From: Gemmatimonadales bacterium
GTDB taxonomy: Bacteria; Krumholzibacteriota; Krumholzibacteriia; LZORAL124-64-63
Direction of reading: 5' to 3'
Assembly (NCBI GenBank): GCA_019038745.1
Contig: JAHOYV010000005.1
Location: forward strand, 4,546 to 68,545
Length of the DNA: 64,000 nt
The notes beneath the pieces are model-generated. The model saw only the letters and a program-made list of their open reading frames with translations. It was not told the DNA's origin and ran no database searches. This document shows positions 45,478-53,423 of this stretch, piece after piece. The position numbers and the translations under genes were made by a program. The number at the start of each line of letters is the position of its first letter. Position 1 is the first letter of the stretch.

Positions 45478-47340
45478 CTAGCGGATGGTTTGCATCAGCT
45501 TCAGCATCTGATCCGCAGGTTTGAAATTGCTGTTGCGTCCCAGCAGAACTTCCCCCCTGCTGTCGATGAAGACGATGGTCGGTTGACCTGCAACCTGGTA
45601 TTCCTCAAAGATCGATTCCATTTCCGCATCCATTTTGGTCGCGTCGACTTTTATGGTAACAAACCGCTGGGCTTCGGCTACGACTTGAGGCTCGATCCAG
45701 ACTTTCTTGTCGAGAACCAGGCATAGTTTGCACCAACTGCCCCAGAAATCGAGAAGTACCGGCTTGCCTTCCTTTTTGGCCAGTTGAAGTTGTTCGCCCA
45801 GAAACTCCTTCACGTTTTCGCCCGTGTGTATTACCTGCCACTGGACCTTGTCCGGAAGAATCGGCAGGACGGGTTTCTGTTGCCCGGGAGTTGAAGGGAT
45901 CCCGGAACGGTCGTTCAGCAGCTGGGTTTGCGCAGTGCGGTCACTTGTTGTCGACCCAGGGTATGAATCCAGAGGGAGCAGTCCCAGACTTAAAAAGGAG
46001 CCGATCAATATCATTGTGCCTGCCAGCAATACGATAAGCCCCAGGCTTTTCCGGGTACGGTCCCACCAACTGCTGGCCGGGCCCATGGGATCGAAGGCTC
46101 CCAGGAATATGGCCAGAATTACCGAAGAGCCACCGACCAGGGGCAGGAATACTTTCTCGGGAAGTACCAGGCCAGGCCGGACGAAGAAGAAAGCCATGGC
46201 GACCAATAACAAGCCCATGGATTTGCGGATAGTTTCCATCCAACCGCCGCTTTGGGGCATCGAACCCAGCAAGGCGGGGAAGGTGCCCACGCCGATCAAC
46301 AACAAACCCATTCCGATGCCGAAAGTGAAAAGGGAAAAGAAGCCCAGCACCCAATTGCCGGTAGTCGCGACCCACACCAGCAGGGCAGCCAGAAAGGGGC
46401 CGACACAAGGGGAGGCTACCAGTCCCGCCACCATGCCCATGGCGAAGACGCCCAATACGCCACCGCGGTTGCCGCCTCCGCTTTGGAGCCGGTCTCTCAG
46501 AAAACGAGGCGCCTCCAGTTCATAGGCTCCGAACATGCTGAACGAAAGAGCCACCAATAGCAAGGCGATCGGCACCAGTACGACCGGGCTCTGCATGAAC
46601 GCATTGATACCGCTGAAAACGGTGGCGCTCAGAGCTCCCATGATCGCGTAGACCATGGCCATGCCCAACACGTAAGTGATCGAAAGGGTCAGGCCGTGCA
46701 AGGCACCCTTTTCCTGGCTCCTGGTTCCGATCACCGCCAGGGTGATGGGAATCATGGGATAAATACAGGGGGAGAGGCTCATCAGGATACCGAAGCCGAA
46801 AACCAATAAAAGGAAGAAGCCCAGCCCCTTGCGGGCAATGAAATCAGTGATCCTGTCAGGAGACCATTCCTGACCGTAATCGACCCGGATCTCTCCAACC
46901 CATTGGCCGGTAATCTCCTGCTTTTCCGTCGTGAAAGCAGTGGCGACTACCTGGATCTGGTGCTCGGCCGGGCTGGTCCCGACCGATATCGGGGCAGCCC
47001 ACTCAAGGGCTACCTGTCCCGTTAGCAGGGGAGTTGTCTCGCCCAGGTCGGCGGGCAAGAGGATCTTCAGGGGATAGGGGGAACCGAACAAGCCGTCTGC
47101 ACCAGGACTGGTGACTTCAAGGACCCAGTCGCCTATATCCAGATCATCAGGAGAGAAAGCCATGTCCTCAGTGGGAGTGATGATCACTTTCAGGACCAGG
47201 TCCCGACCGATTTCCGCAAACTCACCCTCGGGAACAACCGTCACGGCAAGATTACCCGCCAGACAAGCGGTTGGGACCAGCAGAATTAGTAAAGTCAGAA
47301 TCGGGTAAACCGTGAGACTCCATCGCTTGAGGAGGGTCAT
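45478..47340 (-). CDS. dsbD: Thiol:disulfide interchange protein, DsbD family
   Basis: SPCIYPMIPI and SPCVGP TM cysteines, PQSGGWM, C-terminal thioredoxin WCKLC. Confidence 0.88.
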   Translation of the reverse strand: MTLLKRWSLTVYPILTLLILLVPTACLAGNLAVTVVPEGEFAEIGRDLVLKVIITPTEDMAFSPDDLDIGDWVLEVTSPGADGLFGSPYPLKILLPADLGETTPLLTGQVALEWAAPISVGTSPAEHQIQVVATAFTTEKQEITGQWVGEIRVDYGQEWSPDRITDFIARKGLGFFLLLVFGFGILMSLSPCIYPMIPITLAVIGTRSQEKGALHGLTLSITYVLGMAMVYAIMGALSATVFSGINAFMQSPVVLVPIALLLVALSFSMFGAYELEAPRFLRDRLQSGGGNRGGVLGVFAMGMVAGLVASPCVGPFLAALLVWVATTGNWVLGFFSLFTFGIGMGLLLIGVGTFPALLGSMPQSGGWMETIRKSMGLLLVAMAFFFVRPGLVLPEKVFLPLVGGSSVILAIFLGAFDPMGPASSWWDRTRKSLGLIVLLAGTMILIGSFLSLGLLPLDSYPGSTTSDRTAQTQLLNDRSGIPSTPGQQKPVLPILPDKVQWQVIHTGENVKEFLGEQLQLAKKEGKPVLLDFWGSWCKLCLVLDKKVWIEPQVVAEAQRFVTIKVDATKMDAEMESIFEEYQVAGQPTIVFIDSRGEVLLGRNSNFKPADQMLKLMQTIR

Positions 47341-47668
47341 CTTTTGCTCGCTTTGGTGAAATCCAGGGTTGGGTCCCGGGAACTAAGGGCCAGTTTGGAT
47401 TGGCTGCATTCGGGACCTGACAATGAACCTACTATACAAGGATAAGTTCCCGAGACAAGGGAGAGGTTCCATTCTTGCTTGTAGCAGGGGAGCAATTCAA
47501 ACAGATTTCCGCTGGGGTAGGATTTGGAATCGTTTCTGGATTCCGGTGCCCCTGCGAGATCATTTTTCCGAGTAATGACTTAAATCAATAGTTGCGAAAT
47601 GCTGCAGCTTTAGCCAGATTTACTCACGATTATTCTGTCCCTCGGGTTTGGCGAAGAAAGGGTCCACT

Positions 47669-48241
47669 GTGATAAAAAAATATTCACTTCTTGTTCTGGC
47701 CGTGAGTTTTTTGACGGCTTTGCTGCTGTTCTCAGGTTGCGGAAATGATAAAGCTGAGGAAAAGGCGGATTCCGCTCCCAAAAGCACTTCCACGGCTGCC
47801 ATTGCCCAAGGTCCCGGTGCTCGGGTTGGAGGCCAGGTTCCCGATTTCAATCTGAACCTGATCGATGGTGGGACCCTGCAACTCTCAAGTCTGAGGGGCA
47901 AGGCCGTGCTGTTGGATTTCTGGGATACGTGGTGCCCTCCCTGCCGGGCGGCTATGCCTCACCTTGAGGAAATAAGTACAACCTACCAGGATGATCTCGT
48001 GGTTGTGGGCATTGCATTTGGACGCCAGGGACAGGAAGCCGTTGTCAAATTCGTCAAGGACTACGGTCTTACCTTCGAATTTGTCATGGCCGATGAGAAA
48101 ATCGCCACGGATTTCGGGGGGTTGCAGAGTATTCCTACAACTTTCCTGGTCGACGAGAATGGCATTATCGTAAAGAAGTGGGTCGGTGGTCAGAGCAAGG
48201 CTGCTTATGAAGACGCCGTGAAGGCCGTGCTGGAATCCTAA
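47669..48241 (+). CDS. TlpA/ResA-family thioredoxin lipoprotein
   Basis: Lipobox FSG|C; DFWDTWCPPC; SIPTTFLVD. Confidence 0.92.
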   Translation: MIKKYSLLVLAVSFLTALLLFSGCGNDKAEEKADSAPKSTSTAAIAQGPGARVGGQVPDFNLNLIDGGTLQLSSLRGKAVLLDFWDTWCPPCRAAMPHLEEISTTYQDDLVVVGIAFGRQGQEAVVKFVKDYGLTFEFVMADEKIATDFGGLQSIPTTFLVDENGIIVKKWVGGQSKAAYEDAVKAVLES

Positions 48242-48281
48242 TCGTCTCCTGTAGTCGCAGGATCCTCTGGGGAGTTGATGA

Positions 48282-48668
48282 ATGCAATCCCTGTTGTTGA
48301 TAGGAATAGCGGGCGCCTTGGGGGCGGTGGCCCGCTACGGAATAGGGATCTGGACGATGCGAACCTTGGGTTCCCATTTCGCTTTCGGAACCTTGGCGGT
48401 CAATGTTCTGGGCTGTCTCCTGCTGGGATTTCTGTTTGAAGCGGAACGGAACACTTCCCTGGTAAGTCCATCGTTGCGTCTGCTGGGTGCCGTTGGGTTT
48501 CTGGGAGCTTTCACAACCTTCTCCACCTTCGGGTATGAAACCTTCCGCTATTTGCAGAGCGGTGCGTCACATCTGGCTCTACTTAACGTTTCAGCCAATC
48601 TGGTTCTGGGATTGGGTGCGATATGGTTGGGATGGGCAACATCTCGTTGGATTCTGATCGGAAGCTGA
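48282..48668 (+). CDS. crcB: Fluoride channel Fluc/CrcB
   Basis: GALGAVARY, GTLAVNVLG, GFLGAFTTFSTF. Confidence 0.96.
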   Translation: MQSLLLIGIAGALGAVARYGIGIWTMRTLGSHFAFGTLAVNVLGCLLLGFLFEAERNTSLVSPSLRLLGAVGFLGAFTTFSTFGYETFRYLQSGASHLALLNVSANLVLGLGAIWLGWATSRWILIGS

Positions 48669-48715
48669 TAATGGCGGCTGGTTGGACAATCGGCCTGATT
48701 TTGGGTAAACGATGA

Positions 48716-48749
48716 CCCCTGATTAAAGCTGGAATACCTTGATCAGGGG
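48716..48749. terminator. Hairpin between crcB and the small peptide gene
   Basis: CCCCTGATTAA ... TTGATCAGGGG; no strong U-tract. Confidence 0.5.
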
Positions 48750-48764
48750 CCTATTGAGCTTTGG

Positions 48765-48833
48765 TCATTTTCTCAACCACCAGTAGAGATCGACCAAAGA
48801 TAATCCAATTATAAAATATAATTCCGGACTCAT
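48765..48833 (-). CDS. 22-aa hydrophobic small protein MSPELYFIIGLSLVDLYWWLRK (absent from ORF track)
   Basis: GGAAAGGAGG 7 nt before ATG; hydrophobic core with WW-LRK end; lies in an otherwise empty ~335-bp gap. Confidence 0.65.
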   Translation of the reverse strand: MSPELYFIIGLSLVDLYWWLRK

Positions 48834-48968
48834 TGGGATCCCTCCTTTCCTTTTTTTAGGACAGATACATTTGCCCGACCGTATTTTTTCGGCTAGGAAC
48901 GGAAGACCTTAAGGACAATTTTCGATCAGGCAAAACAACAGGTCTTCGGCTGTTCCTGGGGGATATTG

Positions 48969-48984
48969 AGCAAAAATAGGGCCG
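48969..48984 (-). promoter_or_regulatory. Candidate sigma-54 promoter of the small peptide transcript
   Basis: Minus strand CGGCCC-TATTT-TTGCT = GG-N10-GC. Confidence 0.4.
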
Positions 48985-49002
48985 GAGGAGGTAAAGAAGT
49001 CT

Positions 49003-51549
49003 TTATGTGTTGATTTCCAACAAGATAGCGGTTTTATCGTCCGATTTTTCCTGGCCTCCAAATTCATTCACCTGGGCAAAAATGTTGCGCAAAAGCTCCA
49101 ATGGGGAAAAATCAAGCATTTCTGCCACGATTCCCAAAAGTCTGCCGGAGTTGAAGAATTCTCCCGCGGAATTTGTTTCCTCAGTCAAACCGTCAGTGTA
49201 CAGAAAGATCTGATCTCCTTGCCGGAGCGAAAGAGTTCCTTCCCTGTAGGGAAATCTGGGGCTCACACCCAGGACGGGTCCGCCCTTTTTCAGACTCTGC
49301 CGAAAGTGGGTTTGGGAGCGGAACAGAACGGGTGGATCCATGCCCGCGTTGCAGTAGGTGGTGAGTCCCGATTTCGGATCCCAGATTCCGAAAAAGAAGC
49401 ATACGAATTGACCCGAAGCAGCTTGGGTAACCAGGGATCGGTTCAACTGGCCCACAACTTCGGCCGGCGAGTCGGTAGTGTCGGCGAGGTTGCGGAAAGT
49501 GGCCCTCAGCGAAGTCATCTGGAGGGCGGCCGGAACCCCCTTGCCGGCCACGTCCGCAATGGCGAAGCCAAGGCTTCCATCCCGACGCAGGAAGTAGTCG
49601 AAGTAATCCCCGCCCACCAATCGGCACGATTCATTCAGACCGGCGATAGTAAAGGAATCCGTGGCCAGAGGCTGATCCGGAAGGAGCCTGGATTGAATTC
49701 CCCGGGCCACCTCCAGTTCCTTTTCCAACACACGACTTTGCAGGCTATCCTTGTAAAATTGGCGGCTTTCGATCAGAGAGGCGGACTGGACCATAAGAGA
49801 GTGCAGGTGGGTCAAGTCCTCCTGGCTGTACAACTCCCCGCTTTCCTTGGGGCCGAAGGCGGTAAAGCCCAGCAGACGATTGCCGGTTACCATCGGAACC
49901 AGGAGCGAGGCCTGCAACTGGGCCAAAAGAGTCAGCGAGTCCTGATCTGTATCTCCGGTGAACAGGATATCTTCCAATTCCTCAGCGAAAACCGGGTGCC
50001 GAATTCGATCCAACAGAATGATCAGGCTGCTGGTGGCTGGAATTGAGCGGGTTGGGTTTTGGCCGTTGAGGTTGTCAGCCTCACCTTCCAATCCGCTTTG
50101 GGCTAGGGTCGCCGATTCGTCAATCCAGGTGTGGTACAACGTGGGAGCATCCCCGTGGGAAAGGTACAAAGTGAAGCTTTCAGGGCGGTATAACTCCATG
50201 AGTCGTTGGGTGAAGGTCCGGATAACTTCTTCGGAATCGATTAACCCCGTCAGCTGCTCGGCCAGTAGGCGCATTGCTTTTTGGTTGGCCCGGCGGGCGG
50301 GATAAAAAGTATAATCTATCCAATTCTGAATCAGCTTTCGCAGGGGCAGAATGGCAAGGCCCGCGGCAGCAACCAGAAGCATGATAACCGGCTGCATGGA
50401 AATGTTGAAGAACTCGGAGAGGAAATGGCCCAACCCCATTACAAGAACGAAGTAGGCCACCAGCAAAAGAAGGCTAAGGAGTCCGTAGATCAGGCTGACC
50501 CTGACAATAAAGGCTTTGTCCAGCGCTCCGTACCGTAAGATTGCCAGACCAAAGCTGGAGGGCACAAGTATCAAGGAGAAGGCGAGGTATTGCCATTGGG
50601 GCATGTTGAACCCGGGGACCAGGATGCCGGCCATGAGGGCGGCCAGGAAAGGGATCAATCCTCCCAGCAGACCGAAAAGGACCACCAACATTTTGCTGTG
50701 CATGATGGGCCGGCCCCGCTTGAATACCCGGCGGGTGAAGATGATCAGACCAGACAAGAAAAAAACCAGTGTGTACACTACGCCAAGAATCTCCAGGCCT
50801 TTTTCCGATTGGCTGCCGGGGGGGACATCGTGCAGGAGCACGGAAATTCCGAACAGCAGATAACCCGGGATAAGCAGAGGGCGCAGGCGTGAATGCCGAC
50901 CGGCTTTTCGCAGCAACGGAACCGGGAACTGCAGGAAGAAACGCAGGAAATAGGCCGGCAGAAGATATTGCAACAGGCCTCTGAGCAACTCCTTGCCTTC
51001 CATATAGGTGGAGTTTGGCAAGTCCGGAATATCCAGGAAAAAGAAAGCGAATATCAGGCTCAAGGCGAAGAAATTTCGAGCCACGGGATCGGGCCTTCTG
51101 AAAAGAACCCACCAGCCGATGGACAGAAAGAACAGGCCCGTCGTCCAGAGGCTGTAGCCGCGAATGAGCCGAGCTTGGGGCATGGGCCTGGGCATCATCT
51201 GAAATTCCAGGATCTCCCCACGCCGAGATACGGTAATGGCTAGGGGTCGCCTCTCCTGGATCTCGGCAATAGCGGCATAGAAATCGGACATTGAACCAAC
51301 CGGCAATCCCTCCACGTTCAGGATCAAATCCTGTGTCTGGAGGCCGGCGGCCGAGGCTGGACCCAGCGGCGCGACTGAAACCACCACCAGGTTGTGCACT
51401 GAAATTCCCAGGTCGGATTTCTTATTCAGGTGCAGGGCAACCGGCAGAGCCATGGTCAACAGAATGGGGGCCAGGAGAAAGAGCCCGATCCAACGGGAAG
51501 TCCTCTCAAATCTATTTTGCGGATAAACGGTGGCCTTGTGCACGATCAA
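49003..51549 (-). CDS. Membrane PP2C/SpoIIE phosphatase (PDZ - multi-TM - GAF-like - PP2C)
   Basis: GPASAAGL..DLIL PDZ; ELEVARGIQ, VGGDYFD, DVAGKG, YTDGLTE, DDKT. Confidence 0.88.
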   Translation of the reverse strand: MIVHKATVYPQNRFERTSRWIGLFLLAPILLTMALPVALHLNKKSDLGISVHNLVVVSVAPLGPASAAGLQTQDLILNVEGLPVGSMSDFYAAIAEIQERRPLAITVSRRGEILEFQMMPRPMPQARLIRGYSLWTTGLFFLSIGWWVLFRRPDPVARNFFALSLIFAFFFLDIPDLPNSTYMEGKELLRGLLQYLLPAYFLRFFLQFPVPLLRKAGRHSRLRPLLIPGYLLFGISVLLHDVPPGSQSEKGLEILGVVYTLVFFLSGLIIFTRRVFKRGRPIMHSKMLVVLFGLLGGLIPFLAALMAGILVPGFNMPQWQYLAFSLILVPSSFGLAILRYGALDKAFIVRVSLIYGLLSLLLLVAYFVLVMGLGHFLSEFFNISMQPVIMLLVAAAGLAILPLRKLIQNWIDYTFYPARRANQKAMRLLAEQLTGLIDSEEVIRTFTQRLMELYRPESFTLYLSHGDAPTLYHTWIDESATLAQSGLEGEADNLNGQNPTRSIPATSSLIILLDRIRHPVFAEELEDILFTGDTDQDSLTLLAQLQASLLVPMVTGNRLLGFTAFGPKESGELYSQEDLTHLHSLMVQSASLIESRQFYKDSLQSRVLEKELEVARGIQSRLLPDQPLATDSFTIAGLNESCRLVGGDYFDYFLRRDGSLGFAIADVAGKGVPAALQMTSLRATFRNLADTTDSPAEVVGQLNRSLVTQAASGQFVCFFFGIWDPKSGLTTYCNAGMDPPVLFRSQTHFRQSLKKGGPVLGVSPRFPYREGTLSLRQGDQIFLYTDGLTEETNSAGEFFNSGRLLGIVAEMLDFSPLELLRNIFAQVNEFGGQEKSDDKTAILLEINT

Positions 51550-51630
51550 TCCTGATCACTTGGTCGACGGTTAAGAGCTTTTTCCAAGCTTTGATTCTAA
51601 CACAGACGGGCTGCCAAACCCACCAACGGA

Positions 51631-53160
51631 TCACAGATCGGATACTATTCGCAATACGGGAATCGTCAGGGTGAAGGAGGTCCAAAATCCGCTAGCGGCA
51701 TCGACGGCCGAGGGATTCGGCTCCAGGCCATTTGATGGAATTCCCGGATCAGTGTCCGTCCATCCTGTTCGCAAGGTTCCGGTCCAGCCGGAAAGAAGAT
51801 TGAACTTCAGGGCGGAACCCACTTGCCACCAGCGGCTAACCGGTGGGATGGGCCCGGGAATTCCTGTCGATCCCACCGGGCTCAGGGGGGTGCCCAACCA
51901 AATCTGGCCTTGGCGATGGTAACGGGCCCAGATCAAACCAAAAGGAGTTGTTTGATCCGAACCGGATTGACTGGAAGCTGATCGGCTGCAGAAAAGGGTC
52001 AGGGATTCGCTGTCCGGTCCGGCTGGATGACCCAGGGATGCTGACCAAGCTTCGTAACGCACTGTCGGATCACGGTGAACATAGGTCCAGCTTTCCAGTC
52101 GGGAATATTCCAATCCTACCCGCCAAACAGTCCGGCCGGGCTTGGTGGAGGCGGAAGATAGAGGAGGTGTTCCACTCCATAGCAGCCCAGCCAGTCCTCC
52201 CAACTGGTCGGGATGAGTGTCCCTGTCTTCAATATCGATCATAAAATCATCCAACAGGAATTGGCCGTACACCGACCAGTTTTCCGAAGGGTTCCAAATC
52301 GTTTCCAGGGACCAGAAGATATTGGTGTCTCCTGTCGGGCTCCGGTCTTCCTGTTGGGACAGGCACCAAGGCAGAAGGGGATTAAGCAGCCAGGAAGGAA
52401 CCGATCCGCCATACGTAACCAGGGCCGTTTCAGCCAGGCTGATGCGCAGTGTCGGGGAGACCGCAATGTCGAGGCGATGGCCTGCCAGGTAGCGGGGAAA
52501 ATACTGGTCGCCTATCCGGACATCGTCCAATTGGGCGCATCGGTACCGGGCCGCCCAGCGGTCACTGGTCCAGGAGTAGCCGAAGCCATCGGGTGTCGGC
52601 GCTCCTGGTTCCAGGAGCAAGGATCCGGTCCAGCCCGGGCCCCAGCGTTCCCAGCGGCGGCCGATCCAGGCGTGAAGTTCGTCCCGATCGTAGGCTAGGG
52701 CTGCGTCGGGAACTTCAACCGAGGCGTCGATCTGGCGGAATTCCTTGGTGCGGGAAGCTGGGTCCAGGGTAGGGTCGGAATCCATCACGGTTCGTTGCCA
52801 AAGTGTCCACCCGGGATAGAGCCGGGCGAGGAAGCCGGCACTCACTCTCATGCGGTAATCAGGTTTTGATAGTTCCCTCGGGGTGTAGGTCAGTTCATCC
52901 AGGAAGGGACCGTTGGCTTGCCCCCCTTGAACATGATTGGAGCTGAATAAATCGAAACGGAACCAGGAATTGGGGTTTTTGTCGGCCTTATCCGTTGGTT
53001 CTGAGGCCCCCTTTTTCCCCGTCAGGAATCCGGCCGGCCCGGCGCTTGTTACGGGTACGACCAGGTATTCCTTGGATCCGATGCCTTGGAGATTGAGCAA
53101 ACGACGTTCCAACTGCCGTAGATCGTGAGTTTCCCACCAGGGGGAATCGCCAGTGGGCAA
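51631..53160 (-). CDS. Capsule assembly Wzi-family outer-membrane protein (true start probably near 53223)
   Basis: GRRWERWGPG..SLLL, YLAGHRLD, YGQFLLDD, EYSR..WTYVH, LGHPAGPDS. Confidence 0.72.
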   Translation of the reverse strand: MPTGDSPWWETHDLRQLERRLLNLQGIGSKEYLVVPVTSAGPAGFLTGKKGASEPTDKADKNPNSWFRFDLFSSNHVQGGQANGPFLDELTYTPRELSKPDYRMRVSAGFLARLYPGWTLWQRTVMDSDPTLDPASRTKEFRQIDASVEVPDAALAYDRDELHAWIGRRWERWGPGWTGSLLLEPGAPTPDGFGYSWTSDRWAARYRCAQLDDVRIGDQYFPRYLAGHRLDIAVSPTLRISLAETALVTYGGSVPSWLLNPLLPWCLSQQEDRSPTGDTNIFWSLETIWNPSENWSVYGQFLLDDFMIDIEDRDTHPDQLGGLAGLLWSGTPPLSSASTKPGRTVWRVGLEYSRLESWTYVHRDPTVRYEAWSASLGHPAGPDSESLTLFCSRSASSQSGSDQTTPFGLIWARYHRQGQIWLGTPLSPVGSTGIPGPIPPVSRWWQVGSALKFNLLSGWTGTLRTGWTDTDPGIPSNGLEPNPSAVDAASGFWTSFTLTIPVLRIVSDL

Positions 53161-53423
53161 ACCGGGTTGTGGTGCGGTTCCTGTCAGAACGGCGGCGTAG
53201 AGTAGGCAACAGATTGTAAAGATTACGGTCCTCTATTCCAGTTGATCCCAGCGATGCAAAGTTCCGAGGGTCGATTCTCGCCCGTTGATCCGGGAAAGGG
53301 CAAGTGTTACCTTCCTCGCCAAGGATCCGAATGGTTGATCCGCACCAACTTTCCGGTTGCTGGATGCCGGATTGAAAGCACTGGACAGCTTGATCCGCCA
53401 AGGTCGAGCCGGGAGAAATTAGA

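Noticed and set aside
47341..48281. Fluoride riboswitch upstream of crcB
   Set aside because: No GGCGATGG...TGATG-type consensus seen in the 40-bp gap or upstream of tlpA.
48986..48991. Anti-Shine-Dalgarno (minus-strand CCTCCT) sequestering the small-peptide RBS
   Set aside because: It lies upstream of the proposed promoter, so it would matter only in read-through transcripts; a 6-nt match is weak.
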